Below the pieces are notes generated by a model, which had not been told where the DNA came from, made no database searches, and saw nothing but the letters and a program-made list of their open reading frames with translations. Position numbers and translations under genes: made by a program. A stretch of 64,000 bases of DNA from Octopus sinensis (Eukaryota), in contig NC_043003.1 in assembly GCF_006345805.1 (NCBI RefSeq), positions 4,216,001 through 4,280,000 on the forward strand, in the 5' to 3' direction. Below, piece by piece: positions 51,131 through 63,160 of the stretch. Each line of letters begins with the position of its first letter. Position 1 is the first letter of the stretch.

Positions 51131-53142
51131 CTCTGAGACCGCTAACCTGAGATGACCCCAGCTCCCTCGAGCAAGAAGAGAGAGAGAGAAAGAGAGAGGG
51201 ATCTCAAAAGCAATTCGACTACAGATATTTACTGTCAATGAGAAACTCATTCTCACTGTGCAGACATAAGCATCTGTTCTTGTATAAACTAAGGTACCGT
51301 TCCTTATTCCTATCTTCAAGAATTAGGTGGGGATGTTCTGATGTGATCTTAGAGTATAAAATCTGCCTATGCTGGATCACAGATCCTAGGGTTGAAAAAT
51401 TTCCAAGATCTGTTCTAAGTGTTTCATCCACTTCATCCATTTTGGTGCCAATAAATACGACATCATCAAACCCGATGATTGGTTGTTTGGGTTTTTGTGT
51501 TTGGTTGCAAGACACTTAATGTGAACTCATGTATCGAAACAAATTTTGTTGTATCTTAGGAGGGTCATTACGCCAATAATAAACGCACGCACTGTTTCTA
51601 TTTCACTGCTTTATTTTTATTTCTCAATTAGTTGACAATTTAACCAATTAACTAATCAGTTGTCTCATTAACGACTCGGTCAATCAATCAAGTTTGTCAA
51701 AGACCGTTCGTCACCATTCTTGACTTTACCTAGTTGTCATCAGCTTAAACCATGTGAAGGTGGGGACCGATTGGGGAGCCTATGGCTATACAATCCCAAC
51801 GCGTGCAGAGATTACTTTGTGAACAGTGGAATGGTAAATCACTTGTGGAGGAGACCAAAAAGTTGAGGATATTTCTTGGTATAGACGGTGGTTCTGAAAC
51901 AAAATGTGGATGATCGCTGTCCAAGAGTGTCTTTATAGCTTCCGTTTATAGATTCCAGACGATGCTGAAAAAGATTTTTATGTCCTTGTTGAAATTTTAA
52001 CAATTTTATCGGTTTCCTGTAGAATTTCAAAGAATTCATCAGATGATCCTACATCTTATCTGTCTGATGAATTCTTCCTCCTGCTGGTATCTCGTCTTTT
52101 GACAATTCTATGCATGGATGTTTTAATGTGGATTGAAGAGAGAGACTAGCTTTGTGCATCTTAGCCGCACCCTAAAACTGAACTCTCCTTCCATGAACTA
52201 ACGAATGAATGGTTGTTAGTTTCGGTAATTAATTTGCTCAGTTTGTTAATTGAGAAGTGTTGGCTCAATTAATTGCGATGAATTTGTCATTATGGTCAAA
52301 TACTTCGTATATATTTTGCAATATATTCATCTTCATTCGCAACAAAAACCAGGTTGATTTCATTATTTTAGCGATGCTCGAGTCAGGGTCTTGAAACGGA
52401 CCCGGGAGATTACATAGAAGAGAAGTCTTCAACCCTCTGCGGGGCCCATTTTCAATGCCCTCAGTGCTACAGGATCTACCCCTAAATCGTATCGGTTTTG
52501 TCAGCCACGCCTGTTCCCATGAGAAACTATGTGCTGTCGTCACCTTTGAAAGACCGTCACAAGCAGTAAACACTTTACAATATTTTCATTATTTTTCGCT
52601 TCTACAGACCTTCTTTTGGGTCCTTCTAAATCTAACTATAGATCATCGTATTGTAGTTCTTTAATGGAGATTTGCTAATAACTGTCGGCTCCTTATTAAG
52701 AATTAGTTTCACGGTTTGTGGTTCATTTTTAGGATTCCTTTATTAGTAAAGGAATCAAGGGACTGGTAGGAATCGATCCTTTAAGTCTTGGTTGTATTTT
52801 GGATTTAAGTTGATACCGGGCTTTAAGGGCATTATTTAATTCGAGTGGAACTGGTGTTGCAAGAGGTAACGCGAGATTGGAACTGACAAATCGAAAGACA
52901 AGTTTTCGTCTGTCCAGGATTTTGTTTGTTTCATAATACTTACCAAAATTGGAGATTGATGTGAGAGGTACCGACTAGAGAAACATACATGTTTAGAAAC
53001 ATGCGTGTATACATACACACGCATGTATATATACACACACACATATATATACATTCATACACATGTATACATACGTATACACACATTTGTACACACACAC
53101 ATATATACATGCGTACACACATGTGTGTACACACATATATAT

Positions 53143-53439
53143 ATCACGTGATCACCGTGACCGACCAGGCTATCTGATGTTGCTACACATCGCTAGTCAC
53201 AATGCGCTTCGCATTGTTTTAGCCTTCAAATGACGCCACTCCGCTGGCTAAGCGAGCAGGCCAACAGAAGAAAGAGTGAGAGAAAGTTGTGGCGAAAGAG
53301 TACAGCAGGGATCGCCACCACCCCCTGCCGGAGCCTCGTGGAGCTTTAGATGTTTTCGCTCAATAAACACTCTCAATCGAAACTGTGATCCTACGACCGC
53401 GAGTCCGCTGCCCAAATCACTGGGCCATTGCGCTTCCAC
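53143..53439 (-). mobile_element. SINE head C + tail 3
   Basis: Head matches 46126-46320; tail matches 50706-50820. Confidence 0.75.
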
Positions 53440-53859
53440 ACACACACACATATATATATGAGAGAGAGAGCTACGAATAGTAATATAAATGGAAATGTAG
53501 TTAGATGCATAAACAGTTGTGGATTGGAGTGAAACCTACTTCCTGCCTACACACACACCCACACATACATACACCTGTCACACACACCTAACCACCCAGC
53601 TATCTACCCACACACCTACCCACTTCTACTGAACTAAAAGGTGCTCCTAAAACAAACACACCTGACATTTGAACCGGGAGCCGATAGTTTTATAACAAAG
53701 CATTTTTTAAAACGGTTCATGTCTGCGAAGATGGAAGAATCGAGGAGGGAGTGCGTGTACTTTTGCTCTATCTCTACGATGGTCTGCCATCCACCCCACC
53801 CCACCACCCGCAACGCCATACACGTCTTGACACACTCACATATAGCCTCAAACACACAC

Positions 53860-53894
53860 ACACACACACATCTCAATACATGTACACGTACATA

Positions 53895-53925
<31 letters not shown>

Positions 53926-54457
53926 TACACATATACACACACATATATATACACATACACATATATATACATATACATATACACATACACATTATATATA
54001 TACATATACACATACACATATATATATACATATACACATATATATATACATATACACATACACATATATATATACATATACACATACACATATATATATA
54101 CATATACACATACACATATATATATACATATACACATATATATATACATATACACATACACATATATATACATATACACATATATATATACATATACACA
54201 TACACATATATATATATACATATACACATATATATATATACATATACACATACACATACACATATATATACACATACACATACACATATATATACATATA
54301 CACATACATATATACATATACACATACATATATACATATACACATATATATATATACATATACACATATATATATATACATATACACATATATATACATA
54401 TACACATACACATATATATATACACACATATATACACATATATATACATATACACAC

Positions 54458-54490
<33 letters not shown>

Positions 54491-54535
54491 TATATACACA
54501 TATATACACATATATACACATACACATATATACAC

Positions 54536-54568
<33 letters not shown>

Positions 54569-54576
54569 TATATACT

Positions 54577-54616
<40 letters not shown>

Positions 54617-54630
54617 TACATACACACACA
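53860..54630. repeat. Long compound (TA/CA)n microsatellite
   Basis: Direct reading. Confidence 0.95.
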
Positions 54631-54744
54631 CACCTCGAGTAAAGTATATTCTTTCTGTCTCTTTCTTTCACCAAGATAACACTGATTCTGAGCCGAAACT
54701 CCTTACCAGTAACAAAAACGTCTGCAATAACTCACACACACACA

Positions 54745-54800
<56 letters not shown>

Positions 54801-56477
54801 ACCTTTCCCAACAGACAATCTTCCTTCCTCTGCCGCGTTTCTTCCTTGTTGGCCGACATTTTACCCTCTGTCTTACACTTCACATTCTTCTTCTTCTTGG
54901 TTGTTCTATTTTCTTTGTGGTTTTTGTTACATTTTTTTTTTTTCGTTTTTCTTGTTATTTGTTGTTGTAACTTTTGTTATTCCGATTGTTGCTGTTGTAC
55001 TTTCTGCAATGTTTGTACCTCATCTTGTTCTTGTTAGTGTTGTTCTAACTGGTAACGTTCTGGTTGTTGTTCTAGGTGTTTGTTGTTGTTGTTGTTCTTT
55101 TATCGTGAAGCTGGGGGTCAGGCTGGGGGAGGGGGAGGCGTTGCTCACGATCCTTTCGGGGCCTCAAAGAGGAACGGAAACGTGGGATGGAGATATTCTT
55201 AAACCAGACGCTTTGTTTGAATGTTCGTAACAGAGTGGACTCAACTAAAGGCACCCCCAAGGAACGGGTAGTGGTTTTAATCCGGGTGACGAATTAATTA
55301 CATTTCCCCAAGTAGCCTCAGCGGGATTTGAACTCAGAACGGAAAGAGCTAGAATAAAACCCGCAAAATATTTCTGCTCAACGCTCAAACAATTCTTCCA
55401 GTCCCCTAAATTTGATTGGTGCTTTGTTTATGGACCCTAGAAGAATAAAAGGCAAAGTTGACTTCGATGGAATTTGAACTGAGAATGCAGGAGACTGAAT
55501 ATGGAAAAGCATTTCTTCTGATGTTCTAACAACTCGGCCAATTCGCCATCTTGTGGCTAATGGTGGCGTTGCCGCTGCTACAGTTGCTAAGGATATTGAC
55601 GCATTTGTTTTCCATTCTACTGAATGCCAAATGTATCTAGGACGACATGGTTTAACGCGTCCTTTTAGTATTTAACGTGTAAGATGCGATGAAGATTTGG
55701 CTATTGTTTCTCGCAGTTCTATGCAGTGAGAAGTTCTGGGTTTCCAAAGAGGTCATCCATCGAAAATTGGACTCTGGTCTTTCGCTGCTTTCTGTATGAA
55801 ATGGCTGTGCTGCTGTACGACCAGGTTTGGCTCTCGTTGCTGCTTCTGAACATTGAAAGACGTCCCAACCATGGCCATTTCGTCTACTCATTTTGAGTGT
55901 CTTAGTATACACACCTTCCACTATTATCGCTGTCAGCCCCAACCCCACCGCAACTACCACGACCACCACCATCACGACGATCAACCGTTTCTCCACCACC
56001 ACCACCACCACCACAGCACTCATCATTTCGCTGCTCCCGTTCATACTTAAGTTACCACCCTAACATCTCACATTTCAACGTGTGATACCTAATGACGTCT
56101 TCTGTGTCTGTCTGTCTGTCTCTGTATACCTACCTATCAACCTACCTGCAAACCACTATCTTTCAATAACATTCATAAACCATGCATTAATATATATTGA
56201 GTTGTACTTCTCTTTAACTCCCACACATTTATTTCTCAAGTTTAACAAATACAAGATTTGTTTAAACCCAATTTCACATCAAAGAATCCTGTGAGGCAGT
56301 GAATTATTGCGAAGAAGTTTAGGAAAGCGCTCAATACATTTTTATAAATAAAATCAAGTAAAAGGCTGAAAAGTGACCTGAGATCGATCAAAGTATGCAT
56401 ATTTAGTTAATATTAATTTTCCTGGCCACATTTGTGATTCTAGAGTGTGTGTGTGTGTGTGTGTGTGTGCGTGCGCG

Positions 56478-57631
56478 CAGTGAGTTGAAATAATGGAAAC
56501 ATCTTGAATGAAAGTTTTATTATTCAATAAGGAGTTGGTCTAACTTTGGTATCGATCACAACTTTGATACGTCGAAGAACTGACCTTTGCAGGTTCTACA
56601 CGGTTGTTAAGAGAAAGCCGAGACATTCTTTAAGTAGGACCTGCTTTAGTTCTTTCAGCGACGAGGACGGTGGGGAAACGGTTCCTCATTTACTGCTCCG
56701 AAATGCACACTAAATGTTTGATTACATTGAGATCCTGTTATCGTGGGGGTCAAACTCAGTGGTTTACTTCAATTTTGTGCACATCCTTCAAATTGTGAAT
56801 CACGTTATCCGTGTGAATCGGCGCATTATTGTTTTGGAAGATTGTGCCACTGCCAGGGAACAATGTCTATGGCATAGATTGGACATATTTAGGTAATTCT
56901 TGGTGTTAACTCAGCATTGTAGGACAATTAAAGGACCAAGAGATTTCCGTGATGCGGTTGTCCAAATCATCACAGAACAAACTCTATACTTCACGATAAG
57001 GGTCAAGTAGTCAGGGTTCAAAGATTCTTTTTGGCGGTGTCCAGGCGTAAACACGCTTGGAAGTGAGGAAAAGGGCCAAATGACAATTTCTCTGAGAAGA
57101 GGACATTGTTCCACTGAGCCATTGGCAACGTCTGGCAGTCTAAACACTAGTTTTTCCGCTTACCAACTTTAATGAGTGACATGAGAGTCTTAGCAACAGC
57201 AGCCCTCCCATGGTATCCAGTTTTATTAAGCTCATGATGGACGGTCTTGACTGATACACGGTTGGCAAGCTGCCAGTTTAGCTATGTTGTCTCCTTCGAT
57301 GCCGTATTTCGGTGTTTTTATTTTGACACAACACGTTTCACTATTCTACGGTTCGTCCTTGTGAGCTCTGAAAACATTAAAGAATTCAGCAGTTTTAGTG
57401 GCAGAAGTTCTAGCCATTTACGCTCCAACAATTTGTCCTCTTTGGAAATCCGATAAGTAACACATTTTAACCTATTAAAATGTATCAGCAAAAGCGAAAA
57501 GCAGCGGGCTATATCGTGAAGTATAATTCATGTGAACACATACATAACTAGAACTATTCTGAATTTGTCATATCGCCAATACAGAAAATAGTCATAAAAA
57601 AATATGGTGTTTTCATTATTTTGTCCAACTG
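56478..57631 (-). mobile_element. Decayed Tc1-type transposon
   Basis: Minus strand reads FQRGQIVGA at the N-terminus, then SVMIW and LFPGSGTIFQNNNAPIHT (FQDDNAP). Imperfect TIRs share AATAATG-AAACA. Confidence 0.7.
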
Positions 57632-57633
57632 TA

Positions 57634-57847
57634 AGGTGGTGAGCTGGCAGAGTCGTTAGCACGCTGGACGAAATGCTTAGCAGTATTTCGACCGTTGCTT
57701 CGTTCTGAGTTCAAATTCCACCGATGTCGACTTTGCTTTCTATCTTTTCGGAGTCGATAAATTAAGTATCAGTGAAATTCTGGGATCGATGTAATCCACT
57801 AGTCCCCAACCCCAAAAACTTCAGGCCTTGTGCCTATAATAGAAAGG
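57634..57847 (+). mobile_element. SINE family A (alternative tail) with 19-bp TSD
   Basis: ATTATTTTGTCCAACTGTA (57615-57633) versus ATTATTTTGTCCATCTGTA (57848-57866). Confidence 0.8.
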
Positions 57848-58067
57848 ATTATTTTGTCCATCTGTATATATGAAACATTAACTTCTTCAACAGTCTAAAT
57901 AAGGAAAACTGTTTTAATCACGTTTAAAATCAAGACCTGAAGACACATTCTAAACTATGAAAGCCATATTTTGGGGCGTAAAATTTTTAAGTAACAACTT
58001 ACTATTGTAAGATAGTTTTTATTGTTGTAGATCCGATACGAATTCCAAATTTTGTTGTAACAATAAC

Positions 58068-58445
58068 TTTGGCACAAGGCCAGCAAATTTGAGGCGAGAA
58101 AGCAAGTAAGTTACATCGACCCCAGGACTTGACTGGTACCTATTCTAATGACCCCGAAAGGAATTTGCACACAGTACATAAAGGGCCTGAGAAATACCAA
58201 AAATCCTTTTCTCTTTTTCTGTCGTGCTAACAATTCCGCCATCAAGCCGCCCATAAGCAAAAGGCCTAAAACTTCTGGAGGAGGGGGTAAGTTGATTACA
58301 TTGATTTGCCAGGGTTCAACTGCCAAGTATTTTGTTGAGTCTGAAAGAATAAGGGACAATGTCGACTTCAGCGCCGTTTGAACGTAAAACCTGAAGAAAC
58401 GCCGCTTAGTATTTTGTCCGGCATGCTAACAAGTCTACCAGCTCA
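58068..58445 (-). mobile_element. Diverged tandem family-A SINE remnants
   Basis: Two degraded cores (ACATCGACCCCAGG...GACCCCGAAAG). Confidence 0.5.
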
Positions 58446-58681
58446 TCACAACGACCATAATAATAATAATAATAATCTTTTCTACTTTAGGCCTGAAATG
58501 TTATAATAATATAAAACAACAACAATAATAATAAAAAAAAGATGGGCTACAGCAAATATTCTGCTCAATACCACAGATTTGCTTGTCAGTTGTTTGACCA
58601 TAACCAGTTGAGCATGCCCCTTAGTGGCTGACGATATGTGCATCTCTGACTACAAGTAGAAGTAGTTGGGGATCATCATAT

Positions 58682-60035
58682 CCAAAGATTTGGCACCAAT
58701 CTCAAATCATCCCAATACCCAAAAAAGGCGATTTATCCCTCGTCACCAACTACAGGGGTATATCTCTAATGTCAATTGCTGCAAAACTGTACAACAAACT
58801 GATTCTAAATCGTCTTGTCTGCTTTGTTGAACCTTTGCTCCGAAAGAACCAAAATGGATTCAGACATGGGCGCTCAACGCTGAGCCAGATACTATGCCTA
58901 CGCAGACTTATTGAAGAATCAAAAGCATTTAATCGCGATCTTGCAATGGTATTTGTAGACTTTTCTAAAGCGTTCGATTCTGTAGATAGGTACAAGATGT
59001 TTGAAATCCTTAAGCTCTATGGGATACCAGACAAAATCATTTCTGCCATCAAGGTCCTCTACACAGATACGTCTTCAATCATCTTAACCCCTGACGGAGA
59101 AACATCATCTTTCTCAATCAAAGCCGGAATACTGCAGGGAGACACACTCGCCCCATTTCTTTTCATCATTGTTGTTGATTATGTGCTACGTATGTCAATT
59201 GATACCATCTCTGGCAAGGGCTTTGAAATAAAACCAAGAAGAAGTTCCAGACACCCAGCTGAATACTTGACAGACACTGACTTTGCTTGACGACATCGCT
59301 CTTATCAGTGATTCTTTCTCCAATGCCCAGTCTCTTTTACAATCTCTCGAACAAGCCTCAAATTGTGTAGGTCTTTACCTCAATGAGGCCAAGACTGAAT
59401 ACATAAACAAGTGCCTGTCCAACAGTGATTGCATCATCCACACTCTCAACAATGCGCCCTTAAATATGGTTTCTGATTACAAATACCTTGGGTCATACAT
59501 ATCATCATCTGGAAAAGACTTTCTAACTAGAAAGGGTATGGCCTGGTCAGCCTGTAATGACATGCATAAGATCTGGTCATCAAATCTAAGTAGAGACTTC
59601 AAACTTGAAATATTCAAAGCCACAGTCGAACCAATTCTACTATATGGCTCAGAAACCTGGACGTTATCAAAGAAGCTTGAGAGGTGGTTGGATGGAACCT
59701 ACACTCGCCTCCTTATGAGAGCTCAAAATCTCTCGTGGAGGCGCCATCCAACCAAAATGCAAATATATGGGAAACTACCACCTGTGTCATCTCTTGTGAA
59801 AGGTAAGAGAGTCCGGTTTGCTGGACATTGTTGTAGAGCTGAAAAAGAGGTAATTTCTACCCTCCTCCTCTGGAAGCCATCTACTCGCAATGCCAGAGGG
59901 CGCACACTCTCCTACCCTGATGTAATCTCCAGAGATACAAACATCCAGCAACAGGACCTCCGTAATGCCATGATGGACCGTGAAGTCTGGCGTAGCATAG
60001 TAAATTCCATTGTCTCGACCACGGTCGAACAATGA
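58682..60035 (+). pseudogene. RTE reverse transcriptase with one 1-bp insertion in the FADD motif
   Basis: IIPIPKKGD, NYRGISL, QNGFRHGRST, FVDFSKAFDSV, GILQGDTLAPFLF, TDFA/DDIAL (extra T at 59287-59288), YKYLGS, LLYGSETW, RVRFAGH. Confidence 0.9.
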
Positions 60036-60040
60036 TGATG
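58684..60040 (+). mobile_element. RTE-clade LINE, 5'-truncated, 6-bp TSD ATATCC
   Basis: TSD at 58678-58683 and 60041-60046; (TGA)n tail. Confidence 0.9.
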
Positions 60041-60350
60041 ATATCCGTGTGTTGAAAGGAATTCATGGAGGTTTTGATAATTAACCTTTGGATGGTTCGT
60101 TCAACATCCTTAAACAATCCTTATTCAGGGACCTTTTGAGTGGGATAGGCTACTCGACCTGAAGAAAATTCTAAGTGGGCCCCATCTGCAAGGTCATGTG
60201 CTGTTTATCTTGATATGAGATCACCATGTCGCGCACACATGGTTGTGATGCATGTGCCTATTGTACCCTTATCAGTCATGATGGGTATACTGGGCTTCGT
60301 ATATTTTACCCCATTGTTACTTTGATGGCATGCACTGCTCTCTCTCACTC

Positions 60351-60384
<34 letters not shown>

Positions 60385-60440
60385 TAATAATAATAATAAT
60401 GATGATGATAATAATAGTAATAATAATTACAATAATAATC
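60041..60440 (+). repeat. Unclassified repeat ending in (AAT)n; probable 3' half of the element interrupted by the RTE (5' half ~58536-58683)
   Basis: Ends CTCTCACTC(AAT)n. Continuity across the RTE is inferred from the TSD. Confidence 0.5.
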
Positions 60441-60822
60441 TTTCAGAAATGCAAGAAGAGACTTGCGAAAAATATAAAAACACAATAAAATGCCAAGTGA
60501 TGAGGAAATTCAGCGGAGGTTGGAAGGTAAATGTGCAAGAGTGAAATAAGATATGATGCAAAGTGTAATAAAGTGTAAGAAAATATGAAATAGAATTTCT
60601 AATTTCAAAACGCAGGAGTTGTGGTATTTGAATCAGAGAATTTAGACTTTCTGTCAAAAGTATACACCATGGATAAAGCAGAGGGAGAAATATATCAGTT
60701 TTAATGCACACAACCACACACGTGCGTGTACAAGCATTCACATATACATTCATATATGCATAAGAACACATATAAACGAAGATATATGTTACAGTTCTAT
60801 ATTTAAGAGATGAGGAATCATG

Positions 60823-60980
60823 TACATTATTTACAATTGACGGATATTTGTCCTCATCTTGTTTGTTGTTAACACAACGTTTCGGCTGATATACCCTCCA
60901 GCCTTCATCAGGTGTCTTAGGGAAATTTTGAACCTGGGTCCTCATTCCTCAGGTATTTTTCGATATTATTATTATTAGTG

Positions 60981-61020
<40 letters not shown>

Positions 61021-61176
61021 TGTCACTGCTTGGAATCGAACTGCGAATTTTCGGGTTAGTAGTCCACGCTCTTAACCACTACGCCATATGCCCGTGGCTA
61101 GAGGGTATATCAGCCTGAACGGTGTGTTAACAACAAACAAGATGAGCACAAATATCCGTTAAATGTAAATAATGTA
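60823..61176 (-). mobile_element. tRNA-headed non-autonomous element with 81-bp inverted arms and a hammerhead motif (Penelope-like pLTR)
   Basis: Arms 60823-60903 and 61096-61176 match at 74/81. A box 61076-61086, B box 61032-61041, (AAT)n linker. Confidence 0.7.
60871..60916 (-). ncRNA. Minimal type I hammerhead ribozyme motif
   Basis: GACAC-CUGAUGA-A-GGCUG(GAGGGUAUAU)CAGCC-GAAAC-GUU-GUGUU. Conserved core, 5-bp stem II, 5-bp stem I (one G-U), palindromic ACGU in place of stem III. Confidence 0.65.
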
Positions 61177-62210
61177 AATAAAGATATGTGTGCTCTATAT
61201 AAAAATGTGTATTTATATATGCGTATACATACACATACGCTCAACACACATTCCATATCTTCATATTTTTATGAAGCAAATTTTTAATCTTACGTTTTAA
61301 TTCACCGAAGAAAACGTCCCCACCCCTCATGGTGTAATCGGTTTATTTATCATTTAAAACATGTCTGAAACAGCTGTAGTGAACCTCAACCCACTGGTAT
61401 TCTTTATATATATATATATAATGAATCGCTATATAAACTGTCCAAGTGTCTGATACGTAAAGTAACTCAGGAGTTCAATTTCTTCACAGATGCTAGAATA
61501 ATACATTTTTTGTCATATTTGTTCACTTAAGAACCGTAAAAGATAAATACCATTTTTACGTCTGGATGTAAATTGAAATCGGAACTGAGGCCGTCAAAGG
61601 ATTAAATTCGCTGTTTTCTCACGAACAGATTTTATAAATGAAATAAAAAGCGACATCTATATGGTTTATATCCATCAGAACTTGATAGCTTCCTTGCAAA
61701 GACCTTAGAAATACGTCGTGGTTTAGATTACTTCAAAGTTTAAACGAAAACAGAATCTTATCCTGTAAAAGAAAAGAAATTCGTAAAAGTTGGAAAGTTG
61801 ATGCTGATCTAGGCACTAAAATACCATTTCACCAATTTGTGAAACTGTACACCAAGAACAGAAACACACGGAAAGGAAATAATTAAAAGAGAAGAAAAAT
61901 GAAAGAAAAGAAAACGACGCGAGAAGCCATTTTGGAAAAGGTAAGAGAAAGAAATAATTAAAAACTATCAATTACGTGCGAAATTAATTAAAATAAAGTT
62001 AATAAGGCATTAAACTAATGAGTAAGCTGAATCCAGTTGAGTGTTACGTGCTGCAGGAATACAGAAGTGCAGTGAGTGTCCTTATATAGCCTAGCAATCA
62101 GGGAAGTATCAAAGCATTTCCTATATTTGTGAAGAGATAATATAGATTACGAAATATAATAATGGATACTGTATAAATAGATACACCAGACAGACGTGTG
62201 TAGGAGACAT

Positions 62211-62250
<40 letters not shown>

Positions 62251-62464
62251 TATCGTGTACTGTTATGCAACTGTTTTCCTTTAACTGTCTTCTGCGTTTG
62301 GGTTGCGGCCCTGCTGTGGCACTGTTTGCAAAGTTTTAATATCAAACTTTCGTAAATGCTTATTTCATTGATCTCGTAAAGGGTCGTTATCAAAATTTAC
62401 TTTCATGTCAGTCGACACAAGATATCATCAGGCATTTTTTTTATTGCGCTCACTCACATTATTT

Positions 62465-62890
62465 TGTATGTGTGTGTGTGTGTATATATATACATATATA
62501 TATACATACACACAAACAAACACATACATATATACACACACACATATACATACACACACACACACATATACATACACACACACACACATACATACACACA
62601 CACACATACACACACACACATACACGCACACACACATACACGCACACACATACATACACGCACACACATACATACACGCACACACATACATACACGCACA
62701 CACATACATACACGCACACACATACATACACGCACACACATACATACACGCACACACACACACACACACACGCACACATACATACACGCACACACACACA
62801 CACATATATACATACACACACACATACACACACACATACACACATACACACGCACACACACACACGCACATACACACAGACATATATATA
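62465..62890. repeat. Compound (CA/TA)n microsatellite with an 18-bp sub-period
   Basis: ACACACATACATACACGC repeats. Confidence 0.9.
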
Positions 62891-62984
62891 TATTCTTGAG
62901 CCCAGACAGAAAACAAACTGTTTTCAGATTTTTATAAATTTTTACTAATATTTGATAAGATGGGACACATCGAAACCTGAGACA

Positions 62985-63160
62985 AGGAGAGAGAGAAAAT
63001 AGAGAAAAGAGAGAGAGCAAAGAGAGAGAGAGAGAGAGAGAAAGAAAAAGAAAAAGAGAACGAAAAAGAAAAAGGAGAAAGAGGGAGAAAAGCGGGAGAG
63101 GGAGAGAGAGAGAGAGAAAAGCGAGAGAGAAGAGAGAGGAAGAAAGGAAAGAGAGGGGGA
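62985..63160. repeat. (GA)-rich purine tract
   Basis: Direct reading. Confidence 0.9.

Noticed and set aside
53634-55037. Long [12 protein letters not shown] ORFs (also near 1400, 2600, 16300, 38300, 62500)
   Set aside because: Dinucleotide microsatellite artefacts.
60427-60945. 172-aa minus-strand ORF
   Set aside because: It crosses the pLTR/hammerhead region and AT-rich flank and has no protein motif.
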